A DNA stretch of 63,544 nt, the filler included, from Candidatus Woesearchaeota archaeon (GTDB lineage Archaea > Nanobdellota > Nanobdellia > Pacearchaeales > UBA284), in assembly GCA_964354405.1 (NCBI GenBank). It is 6 parts of 5 records of this genome, joined end to end, with 100 filler letters (N's around TTAATTAATTAA, not from the genome) between each part and the next. Parts side by side here need not be neighbours in the genome. Positions count along the whole stretch, not along the records: positions 30,753 to 51,301 come from CAYGZP010000004.1; 5 more parts are not named here. One strand, given 5' to 3'. Below are positions 36,761 to 48,300 of the stretch, piece after piece; the first letter of the stretch is position 1, and each line of letters begins with the position of its first letter. Made by a program: the position numbers and the translations under genes. The notes beneath the pieces are model-generated. The model had not been told where the DNA came from, did not search any database, and worked only from the letters and a program-made list of their open reading frames with translations.

Positions 36761-39718
36761 ATGACAATCCCTAACACCATTTCAAGAACCAAAGATTTCC
36801 GCAAGAGGAAGAAAAGAGAGATGTTCTTTGGCATGCCTTTTCAGCCGTTGTTTGTTTTTCTTTTGTTGATTCTTACATTGCTTATAGTCCCTCAGTCAAA
36901 CTTGACACAACAGGAACTCGGGCAAAATGAGCAAAGGCAAGTAGGATTTCCTGTAACTACTACAACCATAACTGGAGAAGTTGTTAGCGGATTGAGCTTG
37001 AAAAAAATAAATTGGGAGCCTAACAAGGCTTTTGATGGAAATTTCAGTTTGATACTATACACGGGAGATTTCGTACCTGTTGACAGCAACATCAGCTTTA
37101 AGATTCATGCGATAAAATGCAAGAACTACTATACTTGTGATTTTGGCGAATTTGTAAAATGGGAATATTATGATATTAATACAAAGAAATGCAAGAACTA
37201 TAGTTACAATGCAAGTGGATGGGAAAACTCGCCTTGGGAAGATGTCTGTGCAGATAATTATGCTACATATGAATGCGATGATTATAACAAAAAGTGCTGT
37301 GTCTCGGGAAATGGTTTAGGCGGGTATTATGCTAATCTTGTTTGTAGCGGCGGTAAGGAATGCTGGGACGAGTGTTCTGGAACAAGTCAAAATCAACTTA
37401 TGTTTTTAGTTAATGCAATTACAAAATCTACAACTCCACACAGCGGCAATTATAGCACAGATCAAACTTATAAAAATGTGAATAATACTGGACAGACTTT
37501 TATTCCGAATCATGGAGCGGGGTTTGGTTATTGTTTTAACACTCAAGGCGGCGGAACAATTCCTTTGAACATCCCTAATGGAGCAAGTTATACTTTTGGA
37601 ACTCAGCATCCTCCATCTGCTACTGGTTATGCTGTCCAACAACCTCCTGGGCCTGACTTGACTGTAGAATCAATTTATATTAAAGAGAGCGGGGGAGTAC
37701 AGCCTCCTACAGGGATGGTTGCGGGCGCAGGAACAAAAAAAGTTTATGCCAGGATAAAAAATATCGGAACAATGGACGCGAATAATTTTGTTGTGCGCGC
37801 TGAGTGGAATACTGTCCCTTACATGCCAGGCATGGGCAATTTCAAAGAAGTTACAGTTAATTATCTTGGCGCGGGCCAGGAGTATGAGTTTGAAATAAAT
37901 AATCTAGATTCTATTAGAAACATGGAATTAAAAGTTTTCGCGGATTATTATAACTCGATTGCTGAAAGTAATGAAGCTAACAATGAGAAAAAAGCTTATC
38001 TTGGATGCTTGGATTTTGATGATGGCATTAACAAAGAGATAAAAGCCAGATGTATAGATTTTAGCGGAGAACAAGAAGACAATTGCGATATGAATACAGA
38101 AAATTATCTTTTTGAATACACTTGCGAGCCCGAAGTGGGGGGGTATATCGGTGAGTCTTGTTATGCCAATCATGTTCTTTGCGAGCAAGGATGCGAGGAT
38201 GGAAAATGTGTTCAGGCACAGCCCCAAAATTGCAAAGATAGCGATAATGGCAAATATCCTCTTATTTTTGGGACATGTTCAGATATGTTACCTTTAGAGA
38301 GGCAGGATGAATGCATTCCTAAAGAGCCTGGCAAAGTTAAAGAAGTGTATTGCAAGATGCCTGATGATGCTTGTGCTGAAGAAATTATGCTTTGTCCGAG
38401 CGGCACAACATGCATTAATGGCAGATGCACTTCTGAAATCCGAGCTAATTTGATTATAACTAATATTGAAAGAGTTTTCGGCCAAAGTAGCGATGTTGCG
38501 AGAATAACTATAAACAATACTGGCGAGGGGGATGTTACAGCAACTTATAATCTTACTATCCTTGTATATGATGGAACGAGCACAACAACCGAGAAATACA
38601 CTCTTGGGCCATTGGCTGCGGGGAGAGGATACACCAAAGACAGCCAGAAAAATATAGCGGGGAAGACAGTTTATGTTACTGCTATCGCGGATTCTGACAA
38701 TGACATTAATGAAGCAAATGAGAATGATAATAACTTAACTGTTTTGCTTCAGCCATATTCCTGCAAGAACTGGAACAGTGTTTATTATGTCAAGTTGAGT
38801 GACTTGAACCTGAAAACCCCGAGCTTAGAGGGAGCATATTACTTTAATGTCTCGTTTTATCACAAAAACACTTACATGAGCAGTCATTCTGTCACTTTTA
38901 TTGTGACCAAGCCCCAGACTCACAAAGCCTGCCAGAATCATCAGTGTGTCTCGGTCTCGGGAAGCGGCAGTGATTCTTGCTCGAGCAGCTCTGATTGTGT
39001 TGGGGCAGGAGTGTGTAATGAGAACTGGTTGTATCGTGATTGGAGCGCATGTGTCTCGGGCAAGAGAACCAGGGAGTGTTATGATGCAAATGCTTGTGAC
39101 ACAACCGAAGCCAAGCCAACATTCTGTTTAGAACTTATGGATAAATTTATTGAATCGCAAGAGTGCTGTGAGTCATCATGGAGTTGCGATGAGTGGAGCG
39201 CTTGTTACGAGTATCAAGGCGGATTAATACAAAGTATGACTTGTAATGATGCCAACAGATGCAACTCGCAGAATGTAAGCTATGCTCAGCTTCGTGACTG
39301 CTGCTCTGAAAACTGGCAATGTGAATGGAGCCCATGCATCGGAAGCAAAGAGACTTTGATATGCCAAGAGACTAATGGTTGTGATACAGAGTTCATGAAA
39401 CCTCAGGAAGAATCAAGAGCATGTCAGATTAAAACCATAACAAAACTTGCATGGTGGATATGGCTTATTATAATTGTAATAATAATCGCAATCACTTTGA
39501 CTGTGTTGTTTATCACTAAAGTTATCAAATGGCCATTTGGAAAAAAGAAAGGAGAAGCAAAAGAATCAATCACTTCTGCGCGCGCGAGCGCTTATCCTGA
39601 ACTTGCCAATTATATCAAGAGTGCCATGGCAGCGGGCATGAGCAAAGATGAAATTAAGAGAAAATTAACTGAAGCTGGATGGCCAGAAGACGCGATTAAT
39701 TCGGAATTAAATAAATAA
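36761..39718 (+). CDS. Cys-rich surface protein with CARDB-like and TSP1-like repeats, paralog 1
   Basis: N-terminal TM; PDL.V...N.G...E.NE.NN domains; C.D.D.G repeats; C.E.W.C..WS.C repeats; C-terminal TM and cytoplasmic tail. Confidence 0.75.
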   Translation: MTIPNTISRTKDFRKRKKREMFFGMPFQPLFVFLLLILTLLIVPQSNLTQQELGQNEQRQVGFPVTTTTITGEVVSGLSLKKINWEPNKAFDGNFSLILYTGDFVPVDSNISFKIHAIKCKNYYTCDFGEFVKWEYYDINTKKCKNYSYNASGWENSPWEDVCADNYATYECDDYNKKCCVSGNGLGGYYANLVCSGGKECWDECSGTSQNQLMFLVNAITKSTTPHSGNYSTDQTYKNVNNTGQTFIPNHGAGFGYCFNTQGGGTIPLNIPNGASYTFGTQHPPSATGYAVQQPPGPDLTVESIYIKESGGVQPPTGMVAGAGTKKVYARIKNIGTMDANNFVVRAEWNTVPYMPGMGNFKEVTVNYLGAGQEYEFEINNLDSIRNMELKVFADYYNSIAESNEANNEKKAYLGCLDFDDGINKEIKARCIDFSGEQEDNCDMNTENYLFEYTCEPEVGGYIGESCYANHVLCEQGCEDGKCVQAQPQNCKDSDNGKYPLIFGTCSDMLPLERQDECIPKEPGKVKEVYCKMPDDACAEEIMLCPSGTTCINGRCTSEIRANLIITNIERVFGQSSDVARITINNTGEGDVTATYNLTILVYDGTSTTTEKYTLGPLAAGRGYTKDSQKNIAGKTVYVTAIADSDNDINEANENDNNLTVLLQPYSCKNWNSVYYVKLSDLNLKTPSLEGAYYFNVSFYHKNTYMSSHSVTFIVTKPQTHKACQNHQCVSVSGSGSDSCSSSSDCVGAGVCNENWLYRDWSACVSGKRTRECYDANACDTTEAKPTFCLELMDKFIESQECCESSWSCDEWSACYEYQGGLIQSMTCNDANRCNSQNVSYAQLRDCCSENWQCEWSPCIGSKETLICQETNGCDTEFMKPQEESRACQIKTITKLAWWIWLIIIVIIIAITLTVLFITKVIKWPFGKKKGEAKESITSARASAYPELANYIKSAMAAGMSKDEIKRKLTEAGWPEDAINSELNK

Positions 39719-39790
39719 TTGGATAAAGTACAAAATTATAATAAAATTTAAATAGCTTGCTTGTCCTTAATTAATATAACAAAAAGAAAA

Positions 39791-42133
39791 ATGGTGAAAG
39801 AAAAAAAAGAAATTGCATGGGGAATGCCGTTTCTTCCATTATTAATATTCTTAGTGCTTGTAATCATTCTGTTGTTAGTCTTGCCCCTGGGTTTTTTAAC
39901 ACAGACAGGGCAAGTGATTAGTGGAATTGATTTGACAAAGGATAAATATAATCCTAATGAAAAGCTTCAAGGAGACGCCAACATAGAATTGAGATGGGGT
40001 GACTTGATTCCTGCTGTTACAAATGTCGAGTTCACAATAGACAGCAATGATACAACAATATCAAATATTGTGCTGCAGTTGCCAATGGCTATCGCTCTCT
40101 CTAAAACACCAACTTACGGAAACTTCACTTATGGGGCGTTCAGAAACATGAATGGCCCGATTGTCTCTGGAGATGGTTATGGTTTTGCAGCTTGTGTGAT
40201 AAGGCCCTCTCCAAAACAAGCCACTACATACGCTGTTTCAGCGCCTTCTCCTATCTTGCCTGACCTGACTGTTACTAGTATTTATCAAGCTTCTGGCGGA
40301 ACTGGCGGAATTACGCCAGTAGAAAGACTTTACGCAAAAATAGCGAATATAGGAACTCGAAGCACTCTTGATCCAAGCGCGCCTAGTCCTGGTGGGGGAT
40401 TTATTGTTAAAGGATGCTGGTACGAGCCTTCAGGCATATCGCCAAGTTGCTTTTTTGAGCAAGAAGTGGGGGAATTAGATGTAGGCGATGAAATTACTTT
40501 GGACATGGGATCTCGGGCTGTTGAAGGCAAGTCAGTCCAAGTCATAGTTGATTATTATGGAGTGATTGTTGAAAGCAACGAATATAACAATGAATTAATA
40601 AAAAGTTTTGGCGGGTCTCAAACCTCCTGCAGTGATCCTGATGGCTTGGATTACTTTACAAAAGGAGTATGCTCTGATTCAAGTCCTTTGCTCATGATTA
40701 AAGAAGATTACTGCAGCGAAGATGATAACACCACATTATTTGAATGGACATGCCCGAATCCTAGCGGATTATGTGCCACTGTAGAATATACATGTCTTGC
40801 AGGATGTCAAAATGGCGCGTGTATGGCACAGGGGCCTAGCGAGACTTGTACAGATACAGATGGCGGCAAGAATTATTATAAAAAAGGAACCTGTAGTGAT
40901 TTAGATATGCTTCCTGTTGTTCATGATGATGGGTGTTTAGAAGTGGGCGGTCCTGGAGATCCAAACATTGCTGAATGGTATTGCACTGGGAATAATTTAA
41001 TTATGTGGGATAGTAAATGTAGTGAATGTTCTGCTGCTTATTGCAATTACAAAGGAACCAAGAGCGAGGGATGGTATACTAATTGCAACAGTGGCGGCGA
41101 GAAATTAATCAGATATGAATTATGCGATGGCAGACATAAATTCGCGCCAGTCTGCTTGTATCCAGAGACTAAGGGAGAGGGCTGGTACACAAGTGATGTT
41201 TGCGATAAAGAGGAAAGTTACTGTAATTATGGATGCAGTGCAGCAGCTTGCAAAACAAACCCTTATGAATGCGATGACTGGAATAATATTTATACAATTA
41301 ATTTGTCGAAGTTAATTTTAAAGGCGCCTCAAGAAAGGGGAAGCTACACTTTCACTGTTGCTTTGACTCAAGAAGGCCCCTTGCCAGAGAAAACAATACT
41401 TTATTCGAGCAGTGAAACTTTTGAGACTACCTCTCATCGAGCCTGCCAAAACTATCAGTGTGTATGGGTTGCTGGCACTGGAAATGACCAATGTACTACC
41501 AATGAGCAATGTAAACAAACTGGTGGAGGCGGTGGCGGAGGCGGAGGAGGCGGAGCCTGCAATGAGAATTGGATGTATGGCTCATGGAGCACATGCATCT
41601 CTGGACAGAGAACCCGGGAGTGTTATGATGCAAGATATTGCGGAACAACCTATGCCAAACCTATTTCCTGCTTATCCTCTGGAACTAAATTCATACAGAC
41701 AGAGAGCTGCATTCCTGGATGCCAGGAAAACTGGCAATGCGCTGATTGGAGTTATTGCAGCCAGGAGACTCAGGAGCAGACAACTGTTTGTGAGGAAATG
41801 AGCAGATGCAATCCTATGAATTATTCTTATGTCCAGATACGCGAATGCTGCATTGAAGACTGGAGCTGTTCGTGGGGCACTTGTAAAGATGGATTCCAAG
41901 ACAAAGTATGCAAAGACAATAATAATTGCGGCTCAGAATTTACCAAGCCAACAGCAGAGCAGCGAGTTTGTAAGGCAAGAGCATGGGGGTTGTATGCAAT
42001 TATTGCAGTGGCTGCAATTTTAGCTGTGTTGGCTGTTCTTTACGCAACAAAAGTTATAAAACTCCCCATAAAGGGAGCGAAAGTAGGCAAATCAGCTGAA
42101 GAAGAAGCCCATTTCACAGAAGTCAAAGTTTAA
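39791..42133 (+). CDS. Cys-rich surface protein, paralog 2
   Basis: Same architecture (GMPF.PL start, CARDB-like, Cys repeats, TM) with a shorter tail. Confidence 0.75.
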   Translation: MVKEKKEIAWGMPFLPLLIFLVLVIILLLVLPLGFLTQTGQVISGIDLTKDKYNPNEKLQGDANIELRWGDLIPAVTNVEFTIDSNDTTISNIVLQLPMAIALSKTPTYGNFTYGAFRNMNGPIVSGDGYGFAACVIRPSPKQATTYAVSAPSPILPDLTVTSIYQASGGTGGITPVERLYAKIANIGTRSTLDPSAPSPGGGFIVKGCWYEPSGISPSCFFEQEVGELDVGDEITLDMGSRAVEGKSVQVIVDYYGVIVESNEYNNELIKSFGGSQTSCSDPDGLDYFTKGVCSDSSPLLMIKEDYCSEDDNTTLFEWTCPNPSGLCATVEYTCLAGCQNGACMAQGPSETCTDTDGGKNYYKKGTCSDLDMLPVVHDDGCLEVGGPGDPNIAEWYCTGNNLIMWDSKCSECSAAYCNYKGTKSEGWYTNCNSGGEKLIRYELCDGRHKFAPVCLYPETKGEGWYTSDVCDKEESYCNYGCSAAACKTNPYECDDWNNIYTINLSKLILKAPQERGSYTFTVALTQEGPLPEKTILYSSSETFETTSHRACQNYQCVWVAGTGNDQCTTNEQCKQTGGGGGGGGGGGACNENWMYGSWSTCISGQRTRECYDARYCGTTYAKPISCLSSGTKFIQTESCIPGCQENWQCADWSYCSQETQEQTTVCEEMSRCNPMNYSYVQIRECCIEDWSCSWGTCKDGFQDKVCKDNNNCGSEFTKPTAEQRVCKARAWGLYAIIAVAAILAVLAVLYATKVIKLPIKGAKVGKSAEEEAHFTEVKV

Positions 42134-42173
42134 TCACAGAAGTCAAGGTTTAATCACAGAAGTCAGGGTTTAA
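42114..42173 (+). repeat. Tandem repeat, 3 x 20 bp
   Basis: TCACAGAAGTCA(AA/AG/GG)GTTTAA. Confidence 0.9.
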
Positions 42174-42306
42174 TTAGAGCATTCTCGTAAGATTTATCAC
42201 TGGTTCTAACTCAAAAAGATTTAAATATTACTTTTTCTTTGAATTTTTGTAGTGTAAAAATCCTAAAAGAGATGTAGTTGTAGAGATATCAGCTATATTT
42301 TGAACT

Positions 42307-45300
42307 ATGAGTTATAAGAGATACATAAAAATTGGTGGCAAACTCTACGGGCCTTATGAATATCATAGTTATCGAGATGGTGATGGTAGTGTAAAAAGCG
42401 TTTATCTGAAGAAAACTCAGGAGAAAAACGCCTTATCAAAGAAAAAAAATCTTTATCCCAAGATTGTTCTGGCATTTTTTCTTGTTTTCGCGCTTTCATT
42501 GCTTTTCTTTTATCTTTCTGAAAAAAGTATGACAGGACACACGGTTTTGGATTTAGAGAAAGAAAAATTCTTTTTGAATGAAACAATCGGCGGCAAGGTG
42601 AAACTTTCTTTTGCAGAAGGCGAGTTCTATCCCGCAGATACTATAATAAAAATAACTTTTAATGGTAAAACTGAAGAGTTTACACTACAAGAGTTTCTTG
42701 CTTTGTCTGAAGAGCAGATTGAAAAGCAGGAACAAGATTTCTATATAGCTAATGCCCTGGTTCAGGGTTATGGAGAGGGCTATGGTTTCCAGGGTTATCA
42801 GAAAATCCCAGTGGATGTTTTCTTTAAATTAAGAATAAGCCCCCTCCTTGTTGAATTGCCTGTCTTGCCTGAAAATGAAACAAACATCACTTTGCCAGAA
42901 GAAAATATAACCTTGCCTGAAGAAAATGTTACTGAGCAGGGAGAGAATGTTACAGCGCCAGAAGAAAACGAAACAACAGAGCCAGAGGAAAATATTACAG
43001 AGCCTGAGCAACCCCCAATAGAAGAACCAACAGAACCTCCGGTAGAACCGCCTGTTGAACCCCCAGTTGAACCGCCAGTTGAGCCACCAGTAGAAGAGCC
43101 GCCTGTTGAACCACCAGTTGAACCTCCTGTAGAAGAACCAACAGAACCAGAACAACCTCCTGCTGAACAGCCCCCATCTGAACAACCTTCTGAACCGAGC
43201 GAGCCAAGTGAACCAAGCCCAAGTGAACCAGGAACAAGTGAAGGAGGAGCGAGTGAAGGAGGAATAACAGGAGCTGCGATAGGAGAGTTCTTTGAAGTTG
43301 ATGGTGTGTGTTCTTTGGACGAGCCATTCATTTATGTTCTTGAAAATGAAACTGCTGAGCTTGTTTCAGATAGTGTGAGAACAGACAACTCAAGCTTGAA
43401 TGATTCAGATGTTGATGTTCGGGTGAGACAGAATGAAGTTGAGGTTTCAACAGATTATGCTGATAAAGTTTATGGTTATGGCGAGGACTTTTTGACTGGC
43501 AATACTGAGATTATAGATATTGCTTTGGACATTTTCAATTTAACTGTTGCTGAAGAGGGAACTTATGTCTTGAGTATTGTTATGGAATATAATAATATAA
43601 CAATTGCCCAGGCAGCCACAGAAGTTGAGTTTATCAATGAGACTCATGCCCCTATTTTAATTAAAAAGATTCCTGACATAACAATTTTGAAGAATAAAAA
43701 AGAAACATTGCATCTGGATAATTATTTCATTGATCCTGACGGCGATAATTTAAGCTTCAGCGCTGACGAAATTGAAAACATAAGCATAACTTTCGAGGAA
43801 TCGATAGCGGAAATTGTCCCTGATGAGAATTTCACAGGAACTCGAGAAACAAAGTTCTATGCGAGCGATGGTGAAAACATCTCGGAAAGCAACTTGGTTG
43901 AAATTAATGTTGTTGAAGTAATAAATATCACAAACTACACTTACTACACAATAAGAATTGTTAATAAAGACAGCGAAATTTATGATGAAGTTTCAGTCAA
44001 CGAGTCTAGTGTAAGTTTAGAACTCAGCAAATTTGAAGATGGTTTTGGATTGATTGTTCTTGGGGGGAATGAGCCTGAAGCGCCAACTTTGCCGATTGAA
44101 CTGCCAGTCGAAGAGCCTGAACAACCTGAAGAGCCTATTGAAGAGAATGAAACAAATATTACTTTGCCAGAAGAAAATGTAACGCTTCCTGAAGAAAATA
44201 TTACTGTGCCGGGAGAGAATGTTACAGCGCCAGAAGAAAACGAAACAATTATTCCTGAAGAACCAGGGGAAAATGTTACTGAGCCTGAAGAAAATATTAC
44301 AGTACCGCAACCGCCAAAAGAGGAAGAGCCAATAATCGAGGAACCCATAATCGAAGGGCCCGCGGAAGAAAACATTTCAGAGATAGAACTTCCACTTTCA
44401 GGGATGGCGATTTTGGGAGAGTTGGGAGAGAAGATTTACAGTTCACAGATTAATTTCTCAGCTTTAGCAAATGAAACTGTAATTCAGATTGACGAGCCGA
44501 CAGAATCTCAAGTAACTCAGGGCATTGCAACAGAGATATTTGCAATTGAGCCAAGTGATGAGATTACAATCGAGAATGCCACAATTACATTAACAAAATT
44601 AAACAATACAAATATCACAAAGATTGTTAAGTGTGATGAATGGAACATAGAAGAATTTGATTGTGATGGGGGGTGGCTCGAGACTAATATTAGCTTTGAG
44701 CAAGACAATGAAACTGTCAAGTTCAATGTAACTGGATTCAGCGCTTATGCTGGTGCGACTGTGATGAACCTAACGAATATTACAATAACTTTAATCTCAA
44801 ACACAGGACAGTGTCTTATAGATTGCGAGGCAATCATTGATGTTTACATCCCCGAGTCTTATTTCTTGGGCAAGGAAAAAATAAAATTGAACAAATTGTC
44901 CAAAGGAGCATCGAAACTTGTTGAGGATAAAGAAGCAGAGCTGGAACAGGACTTTTTGACTGGCCAGGCAGTTGGCGAGGAGGAAGGGGAAGAAGTCGCG
45001 GAAGAAAATGAGTTGAAAGTTGACAAGGATAATTTCTTGGATACTAATTTGATTGATTTGTGGTTCCTGGAGACTGAAAATGCCAAAAAAATTGATGCTT
45101 TCAGTGTTGAAAAGCAGGTTGTTGTGAGCAAGAATGGCATTAATATCAGTGAGTGGAAACCTTTGCTTAACGAGGGCTTGAGCGCAGGACACAATATTTT
45201 GAGGGTTGCAGCGAGAAGAGAAGCGACTGTCGGCGATAACAATTTGGATTGGAAAATAAGTTTGAATGCTTCTGAACTTGGCAGCGATTATTACAAAGAG

Positions 45301-48300
45301 CCTGACTGGGCATGGTGGAACTCGAGCTGGGCAAAAAGAGTTCCAATAAAAGTTTATGGTGTTGGGGATAATAATTATACTGTGAGAATGAACTTGAGCT
45401 ATGACAGCGACATGCAAAATGATTTTGATGACTTGAGATTCACAGATGATGACAACACAAGTGCTTTGGATTACTGGATTCAGGAAAAAAGTAACAGCGC
45501 TTGGGCGATTGTGTGGGTTGAAGTCAAAGACACAGCCTCTTTAGCTAATCAAACAATCTATATGTATTATAAAAATCCCAGTGCTTCAGCTGGAAGCAAC
45601 ATCAGCAAAGCGTTCTTGTTCGGAGACGATTTCAATGACAACAGCATCTCGAGCTCGTGGATGAACAATACTGGCCCAATGTATGAGCAAGGAGGAATTA
45701 TTTTTATGAACACTAGCTCAGGGAGTGGGGAAGCTAAAATTTATATCAATACCACTGGGGGGATTACTGGCAACTTTGCTGTTTTGGCGAAGATGCGACC
45801 AGATTCTTTGACTGGCGACTATAGAATGGGAGTTTCTGCGAAACACGATTGGAATGGCGTAGGCGCGGGCTATAATACATTAGTTAAGTATGATAATCTG
45901 AGTGCTGTGATTTTCTTAGATGATGGGGGTGAGACCCCGCCAGTTTGGGGCAACGAGGCTTGGCCTGGTTTTACTTTCTCGACAGCGACATGGTATTGGT
46001 TTGAGATGAGCATAGTCCCTAGTATGATGTTCGGAGATGATTTAGAAGGGCGAGCATGGCAAGTTGGCTCGGCAAGGCCCGCTTGGCAAATCACTCAGAC
46101 TTGGAGTACAAGGAGCGGCGCAACAGCAGGAGTTAATCCTGGTTATGATGGTTATTCTGCTTGGGACGACTTTGTCTTGAGAAAATATGCGATTACTGAG
46201 CCAATTGTTTATATCGGCGGCGAAGAAGGGGGGTGTGTAGGAGCAACTCAAGTTTTTTTCTGTGGAGATACAATTAATGAAAGTTGCACCATGAATTGTA
46301 ATTTGAGCATCAGCGGCGGGACTTGCTTTACGATTGGGGCAAGCAATGTTGTGATTGAAGGGGCGAACTATGCTATAACTGTAGAAGTAATTGGGGGAGA
46401 AACTGGGAATGGGGATTATGGTATTTTAGTGAATGGTTATAATAATGCAACTGTTAAGAACTTTAAAAATATCAGTGGCTTTATTGAAGGGATTTATTTA
46501 AATAATTCAAATAATTCAGAAATAAATAATGTTACTTCTATGACAAATACAAGGGGCTTTAGATTTTCATATAGTTATAATTCCAAATTGTTGTATAGCA
46601 ATGGTTCGGATAATAGCGATTGTGGGATATATTTAGACTCTTATTCTAAAAGTAATAATTTGTCTCACAATTACTTTTACAAGAATGATTTTGGCATTGA
46701 GGCAGATATTAATTCAGGAAGTCTCCAAATTTTCAATAACACTATCATAAATCAGAGTACCAGGGGTATTTGGCTGCTTGGCACTAACAATACAATTAGG
46801 AATAATCTAGTTTACAATAGCTCTAGCGATGGAATATATGCTATTGGCCCGAGCACTATCGAAAATAACATAGCAAATAACAATAACCGCGGGCTCTTTT
46901 TGAGTGAAAGTTCAAACAGCAATATTACAAACAATACTTTTAGTTCAAATCAAGACACTGGCATATTCTTTTCATCAAGCTTCAATAATACCGCTCGTTA
47001 CAATATTATGGCAAATCAAGCATATGGCATTTATTTCTCATCTTCAAATGGAAGCTTGATTTGGGATAGCAATATGACAACATCCACTACCCAAGACATT
47101 TATTCAGATACTGAAACTAACAACAACACTTTCCTGAATGTCTCGTTCAACAAGAGCAATGTTCAGATTGATGGCGGCACAATTTATGTTCAGTGGTACA
47201 TGGATGCGAATGTGACTTATGCCAATGGGACTGCGGCCAATCAAGCGTATACTACCGCCTATGATAAAGATAATGGCCTGACATTCAATGTAACTACAAA
47301 TTCTTCTGGCTACATCACAAGGCAGAATGTCACTGAATACATGGAGAACTCGACTGGAAAGAATTATTATACAGACTATTCTGTGAATGCAACCAAGGGA
47401 ACTAACAAAAGTGAAACTGATTTGATTAATTTAACTACAAACTATATTTTCGGAAGCAATGGACCGGTAAATTTGACAATTAATGAGCTTGGTTGTGTGG
47501 GCGCAACCAGAACATTCATCTGCGGAGAAACTGTAACAGAATCATGCATTATGAATTGTAATCTGACAGCAGGCAATCCTTGTTTTGATGTCGGCGCGAG
47601 CAATATTGTGATTGATTGTGCAAATTATTATATCCAGAGTGGCCAAATTGGCATAAAAATCAATAATCAAAACAATGTTACAGTGAAATATTGCAACATA
47701 AATGCTACAGGAGCGATTCCGGATATAGACGCAAGCATTAAGACATATAACATGAGCAACAGCAGCATTATCCATAACACCATCACTTATGGCAATGGGT
47801 GGGCTCTATACATAGATACTGGCGCGAATAATACTGTATTTAATAATACTTTATCAAACAAAGGATTAACCGGGCTTCGTATAGATAGCTCTGTTTCTGG
47901 TGATAATATAACTAATAACACAATTAATAGTAACTCGTATCACGGAATCTATATGCTGAATTCAAATAACCACACCTTTGTAAATAATATAGTGAGTAGC
48001 AACACGCAACAAGGAATGTATTTAGGGTCTAACAACACTGTTATCAATAACACGGTTAATAATAATGGATTTAAGGGGATAACTATCGCGAGTTATAATG
48101 TCGTGACTGACAACACAGCAAATAACAATGGACAAGACGGCTTACAGATAAGCGGGTCTAACAACACCATCACAAACAACACAGCAAGCTCAAATAGTAA
48201 TTATGGAATCCATGCAAGTTCAAGCTCTAATAACCAATTTACTAACAATACTGTTTATAATAATACTCTCTGGGACGTTTATATTGACGGGGCTATAAAT

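Noticed and set aside
42114..42173. Possible mini CRISPR array
   Set aside because: Units are directly adjacent with no spacers, and no cas genes are nearby.
42798..44375. Gly/Ser-rich minus-strand ORFs
   Set aside because: Antisense shadows of the Pro/Glu repeats in the giant surface protein. Most other short overlapping ORFs in the track were dismissed in the same way.
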